Shown here: in pieces, positions 52,258 through 64,000 of the stretch | How positions within the stretch are numbered: the first letter of the stretch is position 1 | Layout of the letters: each line of letters opens with the position of its first letter | Assembly: GCF_028641065.1 (NCBI RefSeq) | Contig: NC_073385.1 | Coordinates: forward strand, 48,360,001-48,424,000 | From: Leucoraja erinacea | Taxonomy: Eukaryota | Reading direction: 5' to 3' | DNA length: 64,000 nucleotides | The notes under the pieces: generated by a model | The model's database searches: none | What the model was told of the DNA's origin: nothing | What the model saw: only the letters and a program-made list of their open reading frames with translations | Translations under genes and position numbers: made by a program

Positions 52258-53305
52258 GAGAGACATAGAGGTACAACTACAGTTCTCCAAAAAGTGGTGA
52301 TGCAAGTAGACAAAGGTAGCTTTGACTCCTGGTAATAACCTTTCTGATTATTCATTTCCATTGCCTTCTGGATGTTTGTTTGCAAGGCCTCCTGATGCCC
52401 TGGAGACATTGCACTTCTGGCCTGCTCTGCACTTTCTTTCATAAGGTTTTCAATGCAATAGCCAAAATCAAGAAAGCTCACTTTATCTCAATATGTAGCT
52501 GTCTTCAGTGTTTCTCAGGCTAACTTCAGTTGTATAGTGATGTTGATTTTAACCCAGGTAAAATACTGTCAATGCTTTGATTTGTTTATAAAATAAAATA
52601 AACACATTAAGATAAATGCTTGTACATTTATCTTTAAATTTTATTTCAATGATTAGCAGTAATCATTTGATGAAGGTGGGGTCTGGTGAAGAAAAGTTGT
52701 GCCTTCTTTGGCTCCAAGAAATGGAATAGAAATTACAATATATATAAATGAATATTATTGCTTCATATAATAGGCAGTGTATAGTACTGGCCATATTGCA
52801 CCAGCAATCTACATGTACATTCATTGGAAAATCAGAACTTCAGTCCCTAGATCTGTTTACCAAATAAATGAGCCAGGCAGGTTATCAATATTCATGACAC
52901 TATTTATGTTCCGTAGTGAAACTGGTAGATTGTCACTGGAAAAATTCTTCATTCATCTCCAACAACGACATCAATCGATATCCATAAACAGCAACTGGAC
53001 GCCTCCGTGGAAGTCTTTGACTGACCATTTTTTGGCCATCCTGTCATTGGGTAAATGGATTGTGTTGTAAAAGGACAGGAACCCAAGGGACATTTCATTT
53101 GCTAATTAGAACAGTCTCCAAGTAAACCAAAGTGGCAGCCAAAATTAGCCATTACCTGTATGTTCCAAATGAATAAATAATCATACAATATGTTGCAGTT
53201 CATAACCACAAACATCAGCTATAGTTCTTTAATGAAACCTTTATCTCACGATAGATTATTATTTTAGAATATGCTACAATTCAGTAATAGCTTCAAAATT
53301 CTCAC

Positions 53306-53402
53306 CTGTACTCTGTGCCCAGGGCAATGGTTCCTGGTGGTGCCAAGTCAAAATACAGCGGTGATATTCAGGTCGTGGATCCAGTTTTACATCACAGGAC
53401 AA
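53306..53402 (-). CDS. GPHN: Gephyrin, penultimate coding exon: [32 protein letters not shown](G)
   Basis: Peptide recognised. Acceptor ctactacag|TTG, donor ACAG|gtgaga; 97 nt; phases match both neighbouring exons. Confidence 0.97.
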
Positions 53403-53411
53403 CTGTAGTAG

Positions 53412-54262
53412 AATAATACAAAACTGAGTGGTTTTGCAGGGTGTGAAAGATTGCAGCAGAATCTGGATCGATTGGCCAGGTGGGTAGAGGAATGGTTGAT
53501 GGACAGAGAAGTGTGAGGTGTTACATTTTGGGACATCGAACAAGGGCAGGACCTACACAGTAAATGGTAGGCCCCTGGGTAGTGTTGTAGAGCAGAGGGA
53601 TCTAGGAGTACAGGTGCATGGTTCCTTAAAGGTCGAGTCGCAGGTAGATAAGGTGGTCAAAAAGTCTTTTGGCATTTTGGCCTTCATCATGTCAGAGTAT
53701 TGAGTATAGAAGTTGGGAGTTGATGTTGCAGTTGTATAAGACGTTGGTGAGACCGTATTTAGAATCTTGTGTTCAATTTTGGGCACCAAGTTATAGGAAA
53801 GATATTGTCAAGCTTGAAAGGGGTCAGAAAAGATTTACGAGGATGTTGCCAGGGCTAGAGGGTGTGAGCTATAGGCAGAGGTTGAGTAGGCTGGGTCTCT
53901 ATTCCATGGAGCGCAGGAGGATAAGGGTGGATCTTATAGAGGTGTACAAAATCATGAGAGGAATAGATGAGGTAGATGCACAGTCTTTTGCCCAGAGTTG
54001 GGGAATCGAGGACCAGAGGACATAGGTTCAAGGTGAAGGGGAAAATATTTAATAGAAATCTGAGGGGTAATGTTTTAACACAAAGGGTGGTGGATATATG
54101 GAACAAGCTGGGCCTATCCCACCGTTTAAGAAACAGTTAGGTACATGGATAGGACAGGTTTGGAGGCATATGGACCAAGTGCAGGCAAGTGGGACTAGTT
54201 TAGCTGGGACATTGTTGGCCAGTATGGGCAAGTTGGGCCGAAGGGCCTGTTTCTACACTGTA
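53412..54262 (+). mobile_element. 5'-truncated CR1, antisense to GPHN, abutting the exon acceptor
   Basis: TKLSGFA..RLQQ.LDRL, LVRPYLESCVQFWAP, CR1 3' end at ~54230-54262. Confidence 0.88.
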
Positions 54263-54724
54263 TCACATAAAATAGATGAACAAAATCAGCAATGTATTTT
54301 ACATTTTCATTTACATTGCTTAATTTATGGCACCAGAGGTGTTGAAATACCATACACATTTACGCTCTCGCACTTTTTTTTCAAGACTGAGGAAGAACGT
54401 CACCACATGATATATAAAATGGTACTAAGTATATAAAAGGAAATGCAGAAAAATTGACATTGCGATCAAAGACTGACTTATTTCTAAGATAAATCATACT
54501 CTCCAATGTTATTCCATGATTAGATATTATGGGGTATTAAGTTGACTTGTTATACATTTTTAAAGGTTACTAATGGCATTGGTTTTGGTGAAGGGTGAGA
54601 GAAAGGTTTAGGGGAGAGAATTTCTCCTTATAATCGATTAACATGTGCACAACTGTGGACAATAATTTGGTAGAAAAAGATGGACTGAGATACTATGTAC
54701 TAAGATTGAGACAATTCCACATGG

Positions 54725-55040
54725 TGTCATAGAGTTATACAGCAAGGAAAAAGGCTCTTCGGCCAATCTCACCCAAGCTGACCAAAATGCCCCATTTGGT
54801 CCCATTTGCCCACTTTGGGTCCATTTTCCTCTAAACCTTTTTTTGGTGTTTTTGTGCAAATGTTTTATAAATGTAGTTTTTGCACCTGCCTCAACTACTT
54901 TCTCTGGTACCTCGCCCTCAGAGTGAAAAAGTCGCCCCTCTGGTTCCTATTAAACGTTTCCCCTCTCACCTTAAACATATGTCCTGGAAACCTAGTTCTT
55001 GATTCCCTTACCCTGGAAAGGAGATTCTGTGCTTTCAAAA
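54725..55040 (-). mobile_element. CR1 3' end fragment
   Basis: CR1 terminal sequence in reverse orientation. Confidence 0.75.
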
Positions 55041-56396
55041 TAAAAGTTTGTATGTGTTCCTCACATTTCAAGTAGTATTAGATGTACCTCAGGTAAAAGC
55101 TCATTTGACTGAGTCAAGTTGTGGTTTCTATTCCCCATTCAGAAACAATGAGGACTACTGCATTATCAGATTGCTATCTTTTGGATGTGTCATTAAGTTG
55201 AACCCCTTGCCTTCTCAAATGGATGTGAATGATTCTACAACACTATTTTTAAAGGGGATTAAGATATTTACACAGGATACATTGACCAAATATATAATTT
55301 AGTCAATAATAGTGAGCCTAAATTATCGAGATATTATAACAATATTGCCCAAGATCGACTGAGAATGGAAACATAGGTTGGGATTAAGCGGAAGGTTGAC
55401 ATTGCAACGAATCTGAATAAATCTGATTAGGTAGGCATGGCGAGATAAAACTTTTGCTCCATATGGACTTGTGCCAGAAAACAAAGATAATGGCTTCAGT
55501 TTTAAGCTTATCCAGCATCAACTATACTGAGGCAACAAAAGGGTTGGGAAAGTTGGCAGGGAAATGGATCTTGACATCATTGGCTCACTCCTGGACATAG
55601 GGTAAACTGTAGATAAGTAAGACAAGGTCAAAGGGTGATTACAGGAAATCTTCCGTAATTCCTACCACATTCAGTGATAATATTGGAGTGAAATGAGAAA
55701 CGGCAGCTAGATATTTTAGCTGTGATTGGATCAGAAAATGTTAAGTAAAGCATGGTACAATGATAGGGAACCAGTTGTGACCAGAAGTGCAGAGAGGATG
55801 GGAAGAGAAAGAATATAATAGTTACAAATGGAACATATTTTCAATCAATTGTTTTGGGAAATCGTCAATGAGGTAGGAAATTATTCACAAAGGTCAGGAA
55901 AAAAATTGGACAGTTGGGAGTCTAATGGGAATAGGGTTTGCGGCATAGATTGATCATGGACAAGACACAAGGGATGATTGGGACAAAAGAGACTGCAGAG
56001 CCAAAATCATGACCAAAAAAACAAACTGCTGGAGGACATCAGTGGACCAGGTAGCATCTGTATACGGAAATGGATATTTCAGGTCAGGATCTTCCTCAAG
56101 CCTGGAGTAGAGAGGAGATAGTTGGTAGATAGAGATGAGGGGAAAGAGCTGGAAAATGATGCATGGATCCAGGTAAGGAGGAATTGATAGGTAGGTAAGT
56201 CAAGTTGGGAGGGGGAAGGGGGGGGGGAGAGAGAAATGTGGAGATAGAGGGTAGTAGGGAAAAGGTCAGAGGTGGATGATTAGTGAAAAAAGATGGTGGA
56301 AGAAGGAAAAGGAACTGGGTGATTAGGTTAGTGTGTTAGAGGACCTGGGTAGATCAGAAAGAAAGAGAAAATTAGGTCTTTATCAGAATTTGGAGC

Positions 56397-57110
56397 TACC
56401 ATAGCGCACGCTTTTGTTTTTGTACAAAAATCCAAAAATTCTGGTATGAAATATTTGATATTTTTTCAAAATTGATCAAAATAAAACTGGTACCAAAACC
56501 AGAATGGATTATCTTCGGAATATCGGAAGGTAACCCTGAATTAAACGTGTTTCAGAAGAATTTATTTAATTACGGGCTAATAATGGGAAAAAAGCTTATA
56601 CTTAAATTCTGGAAAAATGCGCCCACACCAACAATAAAAATGTGGATATCAAATATGTTTGAAACATTACATCTGGAAGAGATGAGATTCCTCTTAGCAG
56701 GTAAAGCAGACCAATTCCAAAAGAGATGTTTCTGGACAAGTATGGGTGCAATAGTAATTTAAAAAAAAACATATATAAATAAGTATCAGGACCTGGTAAC
56801 GGGAGGAAAAATTAGATAGTCCCCTTTATCGGAGAATTTAATAGAGCGATTGTTTCTATTTTCTCTTTCTTTCTTTTCTAGGGTCTATTTTCTCACTTTA
56901 CTTCCTTCTCTAACTTCTTTTCTAAGGGGCTTTCTTTTCCCAACACTCTTGCACTTCACGACTCTTGCGCACTTTCTTTACTTCTACCTTTTTCTTAAAG
57001 CTCAAAAAAAATGAAGCGGTACAAAAAATGTATTAAGATATATGTGTTGTGTAGTATTGTAATTTACCGTACTTCTAATAAAAATAAAATTAAAAAAAAA
57101 AAAAAAAAAA
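56397..57110 (+). mobile_element. 5'-truncated L1/Tx1-clade LINE with poly(A) tail, inserted in a Penelope remnant
   Basis: ORF2 C-terminus (C.KIQKFW..KKLILKFWK..PTIKMW); AATAAA followed by poly(A); 12-bp TSD AGAATTTGGAGC (56385-56396, 57111-57122). Confidence 0.9.
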
Positions 57111-57549
57111 AGAATTTGGAGCGGAATATTAGGTACTGTTCTTCCAATTTATGTGTGGTCTCACTATGGCAACGAAAGAGGCTGTGGACAGGCAGATCAG
57201 TATGGAAACGGGAAAGGGAATTGAAGTGGCTGGCAACCAGGAGCTCCAACAGGCCCTGTTGGATGAAGTGCAAGGAGCAAGTGAAGTGCTAACCTAATCT
57301 ACGCTTGGTCTCACCATTGTAGAGGAGGCCACATCGAGAGTACCGAGTGCAATAGGGGTACTTGCAAACTTCTATCACACCTGGAAGGTTTGTTTAAGTT
57401 CATGAATGGAAGTGAGGGAGGTGGTGTAGGGACAGGTGTTTCACCTCATGCAATTGGAGGAAAAAGTGCCAGGGAAGGGGGGGGGGGTGAACCAACCAGG
57501 GAGTCAATGGTACTTCCCAACCTAAAAGATTGGAGTGTGTGGATTGTAT

Positions 57550-58500
57550 CATGAAATCAGCTGGTGCAGTTGCATATGATGCAATAATCAAACGGGTCCG
57601 TAGGAGTTCGTGGATGCCTCGTAGTGGCTCGTACGAGTAAAAAGTAACAATATTTTTCATCACGAGTATATTTTTACTTGTGGACATTTTTCACAGCGTT
57701 GAAAAAACGTCACGAGTTTACTGGATTTCCCGAGTACCTACCTTTAGCATTACGAGCTGCTATGTGACATCCATGAACTCCTACGGACCCGCTACAGACA
57801 TTCTCCGAGTTCGACTCAGGGGAAAACTCGGGGGAACTCTTGAATTACCTCATACAGTGGGACAGGCCCTTTAGAATCAAGTTAGAATTAGAAAGGAAAA
57901 GTTGTGCCTAAGTCTGGAGCCATTAGGGGAAGGTTGAGTCGAAAGCAACAGTTAGACAGTGACTTAAGGGCCTGTCCCATTTGGGCGTCATTTGTGCGTC
58001 ATTTACACAACAGGCCAGTAGTGATTGTCGCGCAAAAATCGTCTAGCAGTACAGTGGCGCGCCAAGTTCTCTTGAGAGCTCTACTTCTTTTGGGAGCCAT
58101 TTGCGATGTCGTTCGTATTTAGTCCGATCTCTGTAGCAAGGATTTTCCCAGTGAAAAATGTTCAAAACTACGCATGCTTTATACCCGGGTGGTCTCGTGG
58201 TGGCGGCACTCAAATGACGTGCAAATGGTGCGCCGATGGCGTACGGGCGGCGCATGGTTGCGGACGTTGACGCACGGTGACGCATAATAAATTAGCATAG
58301 GCAATGTTCGTGCGTCACCGTGCATAACCATGCGTCACCACGCGCTACACGTTCACCGTCTGCACGTCAGCGTGCGCAAGGGATACGTCACAGAGGTGGC
58401 GCGCGAGGATTTTGAGCATTCCAAAATCCTGCGTGTCACTGCATAAGCCACAACGCCTCACCACGCGCCATGCTGCGCGACACGACGCAGCAACCAATTT
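57550..58500. mobile_element. Two Harbinger-like MITE halves (~57550-57870 and 57968-~58500)
   Basis: Termini agtgggacaggccc and gggcctgtccca, each with TTA/TAA in the immediate flank; CpG-rich quasi-palindromic bodies. Confidence 0.6.
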
Positions 58501-59159
58501 TTAGGAAAATGCAGTGATTGAGCACCCGAAGTAAAGGTGTTGAAATTCAGTTCATATTATACTAATACAATATATAGTTGTAATTACTGTGGTGATTTAT
58601 GGGACCCTTTAGTACATAGAGGTGGCTCCAATAAAATAAAATACAGTGTTTTCAATGTTATGAAGGTAATTATGCACGTGCGATGACTTTTCACATAGAG
58701 GGTGTGGGTATATGAAACAATCTGCCAGAGGAGGTAGTTGAGACAGGTACTTTAACAATATTTAACAGGCATTTGGACAGGTACTTCAATAGGAAAGGTT
58801 TAGAGGGATATGGACCAAACGTGGGCAGGTGGGACAAATGTAGATGGGGCATCTTGGTCGGCATGAGCAAGTTTGGCCAAAAGGCCTGTTTCCTTGCAGT
58901 ATGGCGATGACTCAAATTGGAGAACTGAATGTGAATGCAGCTATGTATGATGCCCTAGCAGAGAAGTGATCCATTGGAATTACAAACCTTTGGAGATCTC
59001 AAGCACAGTTTGCAGTGAAGAGTGTAATGAATGAGCAGAACAATGCAATGAATGTATTTATAACCACGTCAAATTACAACTCTATATTGATGTGAGTAGT
59101 TGAACTCAGGTATTAGATTGTATCATCGAAATAGTTGATGTTTATATACACTTAAAAAA

Positions 59160-60090
59160 TAGACAATAGACAACAGACAATAGGTGCAGAAGTAGGCCAT
59201 TCGGCCCCGAGCCAGCACCGCCATTCACTGTGATCATGGCTGATCATCCACAATCAGTACCCCGTTCCTGCCTTCTCCCCATATCCCTTGACTCCGCTAT
59301 CTTTAAGAGCTCTATCCATCTCTCTCTTTAAAGCATCCAGGGAATTGGCCTCCACTGCCTTCTGAGGCAGAGAATTGCACAGATTCACAATTCTCTGGGT
59401 TCTTTTTTTCCTCCCATCCCCGTTCTAAATTACCCCTTATTCTTAAACTGTGGCCCCTGTTTCTGGATTCCCCCAACATGTTTCCTGTGTCTAGCATGTC
59501 CAAACCATTAATAATCTTATATGTTTCAATAAGATACCCTCTCATCCTTCTAAGTTCCAGTGTATACAAGCCCAGTCGCTCCATTCTATCAACATATGAC
59601 AGTCCCGCCATCCCAGGAATTAACCTTGTGAACCTACGTTGCACTCCCTCAATAGCAAGAATGTCCTTCCTCAAATTTGGAGACCAAAACTGCACACAAT
59701 ACTCTAGGTGTGGTCTCACCAGGGCCCTAGACAACTGCAGAATGATCTCTTTGCTCCTCTACTCAACTACTCTTGTTATGAAGGCCAACATGCCATTAGC
59801 TTTCTTCACTGCCTGCTGTACCTGCATGCTTACTTTCAGTGACTGATGAACAAGGACCCACAAATCTCATTGTACTTCCCCTTTCCCCAACTTGACACCA
59901 TTCAGATAATCATCTGCCTTCCTGTTTTGCCTCCAAACTGGATAACCTCACATATATCCCCATTAAACTGCATCTGCCATGCATCTGCCCACTCACCCAA
60001 CCTGTCCAAGTCACCCTGCATCCTCATAGCATTCTCCTCACAGTTCACACTGCCACCCAGCTTTGTGTCATCTGCAAATTTGCTCATGTC
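59160..60090 (-). mobile_element. Young CR1 3' ~0.9 kb (a CR1 3' end in + orientation lies at ~58690-58910)
   Basis: KFADDTKLGG, ALVRPHLEYCVQFWSP; same subfamily as 41337-42667. Confidence 0.9.
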
Positions 60091-60326
60091 ACTTAAATGT
60101 ATTAAAGGTAGGTGTACCTTTAAGAAAAGAGTACACCATGTGGTATGAGCTTGATATGTTGTTGTACCAGGCACTGCTGTTTGATTGAGACACTCTCTTC
60201 AATAAAGGATGTTTTGTTCATAGCTCTACCTTTGTTTATTTATTTACACAAATAACAATACAAAGAAACATATGCTACATAGAACCAATTACTGAATAAA
60301 AATGACTGGAAATGTATTTGACCTAC

Positions 60327-60430
60327 CCTGGCTTTGATGATGGTGGGTCGAGGATCAAGGATTCCTTGCATTTTCCTCAATGCAGGGATTACAAATAGAT
60401 TGCAGGTAACAACTGCTGACACTGGATTGC
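60327..60430 (-). CDS. GPHN: Gephyrin, third-from-last coding exon (E domain/MoeA-like): (G)[34 protein letters not shown]
   Basis: Peptide recognised as the gephyrin C-terminal E domain. Acceptor ttccttgcag|GC at 60431, donor AGG|gtaggt at 60326; 104 nt, phase 1 in, phase 0 out. Confidence 0.97.
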
Positions 60431-62109
60431 CTGCAAGGAAATCATACTGTTGTGAAATAACAACATCAGGTTACAACAATTAACTGTGGCATGCAAAGTG
60501 AATCATGCCTGGAACCAAGCAGGCCACTGCTCCAACTCCAAAAATTCAATTATATCCACACTTGGAGGTCTAATCATTCTGTGCTCTTTGATTCCTAGAA
60601 TTTTCTTGCGATCGACTGAGTTACTGTGGCGATTGCAATGGAAACGCATGCTGGTTGTGCCAACTGTATAAATGATTTGTTATTCCTTACACCTCTCCCC
60701 CAAATTGTTTTTGAGACCTATCAGAAACAAACATAAAGATGGTGAGAAACTGAGAAGTTTCCACTCCAGACTGCATGAAATGACTTACAAATTTATTTTG
60801 ATTTGCCAATAATAAGGTTAATTCAGAAAATATTAACCACACAACTGCATTAGCTGGACCTTATTGTACTGGCAGATTTGGAGTTAATTCAAGAGTTCCT
60901 GCTTGGATCCAAAGAAAACTTCAATTGGGGTCAAAACTGCCTCCACCATTTCTGTTTTCTGCAGTTCAATGAAGTGGATTTGGAAAAAAGTGAGACAAAG
61001 AGGTTGGGTGAACGTATGACAAGGGTATTCATCGTACCTGTCAATTGCAAGGCATGTCCTTACAAATCTGCTGCTTTGCACCAGCTCTTTGTTGTGTTAA
61101 TTAGTTACCACAAATTAGATATAATTAATGCCGTTGGAAGAAATTCTTGGGCTTCACATAAACAATAGAATGCCACAAGCTTTCCTTTCATAAATATAAA
61201 AATACAATTACTGTGAAATCATCACAGTGGGAAGTGAGTTATGAAGAGTATTTTTGCAAATCAGATTGGACTAATTAGGCTTTATTTTCCTAATTATTAT
61301 TCAAGCTTCAGCACTACCCACACTGAAGTTCACAACATAAAAAAAGCATTCAATGTACAACACAGGTCATTATGTGCTCAACATTACACTGAGGTTTTGA
61401 TTATCATACATGCATGTTTCAAAACTGCTATTCAGCTAAAATAATAATTTTACTATTCAACCAAATGAGATGTGAATGTTCAGGCTACAATTGGCCAAAT
61501 ACTTGTTAGTGTAGAACAAAACATTATATCAATATTTAATTATTTCAGTAAACCTTATGATTGCAAGACATTGTTGGTTAAGATCACTGACGCAAATAGA
61601 CTCCCATGAAACAGTTTGTACAATTATAAATCAATCTACAGAGAGACACAATTCAAAGAGAAGTATCCTGGTTTGAGCATTTGCTGAATTGTTAATGGTA
61701 GTAATTTCAATTTCAATTTACTTTCTGAATTAAAATTAGCAACTTTTATCACCTTAGTAGGAAAAGCCACACTTGTTGCTCTCATTAAAAAAAAAAAAAT
61801 TAACAATGCGCAAAACACAAAATGTGCACTTATGAGATCTGTTCACACAACAATTGCTTTTCTGTTATAAAGTTACATTTTGTCTCCAAGCAGAGTAAGG
61901 CAGTTTGAACAATTCTGTTCTAGGCAATATTACCAAGTGCCACAATTATTATGAGTACGATTTTGAGAATATTTACAATTACTTTTTTTAATTTGTTGAT
62001 GTGATGTCTCCAATACATATTAAATGACCTACCATTCTTCCCTTCAAACATTTGTCTTTTTTCCTTTTCCTAATTCACATACTGTTCGCGGCTTACTGGG
62101 CTGATTCAT

Positions 62110-64000
62110 TTCACCAACTCATGGAGCCACGGACAGGTGAGTACAAAGAGGAGCCACAAGAGGGAGCCGTGGAGCCTGAAGAGAGAAGATAGAGAAAGAG
62201 AGAAACCAAGCGCACTGAAAAGAGAGAAGCAGCCTACCTGGAAAGATGCCAGATGGAAAGAAACAAGTTATGGAAGCAGGTAGCCAAGAAAATTGAAATC
62301 CAGAAGAAACTAATGGAATCAGATGAGAATGCGAAGATGGTGCAATCTAATATGGACCAATTATTCAGCCTCGGCCACGAGGTTGGAGACCAGCAAAACT
62401 CACTGCTGAGTTTACAATTGCCTGAGGGAGAACTCGAAAGGCACACCCAGCGGTTCCAAGAAAGAGTGGAATTTTTCTATGGTCTTGTAGAGTATGTGAA
62501 GAAGTGGTTACTTGAAATCGAACAAATTACGCATTCTACAGTCAGAAGTGCGATGCAACAAGGTGTTGAAGTGGGAGAAGAAATTGGACCACAGGATAGT
62601 ACCTCAAATGTCTCAACACGAAGATCTGGACGAAAATCTGGTTCTGTAGCCAGTTCAACTACAAGGGTCTCTGCTCAAATGGAAGCCGAAGCTGAAGTAG
62701 CTGCTCTCTCACTAGCATCTACCGCCTTGGAGAAAAAATATGAGATTGAGGAACAAGAAGAACAGCTGAAGATAGAGGCTGAGGAATGAAGTGAACAGCT
62801 GAAAAGGCAGGAAGAACAACTGAAGAGAGAGGCTGAGGAACAAAAAAGGGGTTGAGGAAGGAGAAGGAACGGCTGGGAATAGCCACAAAGCTGGCAGTTA
62901 CCGGAGCAAGGAGGGAGATATTGGAAGGCCAAGGATCAAGATGTGACTCGAGAATATCTCAGAAGAAAAGTTCCTTAATGGAAAAGGACAAGTAGCAGCT
63001 AAATCAAACCCACAGCCAGAGCCACTTTGGTCTCGCGACTCAGAGTTGGCACTGAGTGGGTGGGCAGTCAGCAAAACTTCATTTTGGCAATAAGGAGCTA
63101 GACCGAAGCAAACAACTTTTGGGCTGTCTGTTGAGGCTCGTAATAAGCCAGCAACCCAGCACTCTTCTCAGAGGCCCAATATACAGGTTTGTACAAGCCA
63201 AGATTTTCAGAGGCCTGTTTATTATCCATCTGCACCCATCAGGGACAAACAACTGGTCATGGGACGTGCCAAAACTTACCCAGACCAGCACTCTTTTCAG
63301 AGGCCTGTTCATCATCCATTTGCGCACAGCCAAGGATCTCAAAGTCAATTCTATGAATGAGTGAGGAATCAAACGAGAATCAGCGAGCTCCTAGCTCAAC
63401 AAAATCTCTCTTCCACCTTACCCCCAATGGAAATTCCTAAGTATGATGGTGATCCTTTGCAATATGAAACTTTCATAATAACGTTTCACGAACGAGTGGA
63501 AATAAAAACTACTAATGAAAGAAATCGCTTACGATTTCTAGAGCACTACACAAGTGGATATGCAAAGCAGCTTGTAATAAGTTGCTGAAATGTGGCTGCA
63601 GAGGAGGGCTATCAAATGGCAAGGAAATTGCTCAAAGAACATTTTGGTAATGAACAGAAGATTGCTAATGCATACATGAAGAATGCCTATGCTTGGACAA
63701 CTATCAAGGCAGAAGATGTGAAGGCATTACATCAGCTCGCGATATTTCTTAGAGGTTGTTGTAGCTCGATGAGAAATCTCGACCACATGGAAGAAATGAA
63801 TGTTGTTAGTAATATGAGGACAATCATTCTAAAACTGCCCTATAAGCTTAGAGATAGGTGGTGGGATCGAGCAAGTCTGATACTGGAAGTTGAGAAACGA
63901 GAAGCCATGCTTCCTGATCTGGTGAGTTTCATGGAAATGGAAGTATGATTAATGTCAAATCTACGCCATGGAAATATTCAAGATCCTAAACCAGCAACTG
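62110..64000 (+). mobile_element. BEL/Pao LTR retrotransposon gag region (decayed), antisense in a GPHN intron, runs off the window
   Basis: IGPQDSTSNVS..SS region and IPKYDGDPLQY.TF..RLRFLEHYTSG.AK.LV..GYQ.ARKLLKEHFGNE (DUF1759-like gag); in-frame stops. Confidence 0.85.

Noticed and set aside
60431-64000. Further upstream GPHN exon
   Set aside because: I could not find the expected preceding peptide (roughly [21 protein letters not shown]); it probably lies beyond the window.

Overview
This is vertebrate genomic DNA. The HE1-type V-SINEs, CR1/HER1-type LINEs and Penelope repeats suggest a cartilaginous fish, probably a skate or ray (inference). It is not prokaryotic, and most ORFs in the track are transposon debris or noise. 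Host genes, both on the minus strand: (1) the last three coding exons of gephyrin (GPHN; 60327-60430, 53306-53402, 50346-50479), with canonical splice sites and matching phases, followed by a ~0.8 kb 3'UTR and AATAAA at 49549-49554; (2) a CpG-island promoter and non-coding first exon at ~22.4-23.2 kb, inferred from vertebrate synteny to be PALS1/MPP5, whose coding exons I did not find in the window. The rest is layered transposons: CR1, L2, L1/Tx1, RTE, RTEX-like and Rex1 LINEs, tRNA-SINEs, Penelope elements, a nested Tc1, hAT and Harbinger-like MITEs, and a BEL/Pao gag. Best leads: a family of Penelope-derived, TSD-flanked fold-back mini-elements with minimal hammerhead ribozyme cores; a 193-bp, ~98% identical inverted repeat in the last GPHN intron that looks like a templated insertion; a CR1 remnant that supplies the 3' splice-site region of a GPHN exon; a 3'UTR that appears deeply conserved and has a miR-96-family site; and a teleost-like Tc1 that may be horizontally transferred. 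I see no convincing wholly new protein-coding system. TE boundaries without TSDs are approximate.
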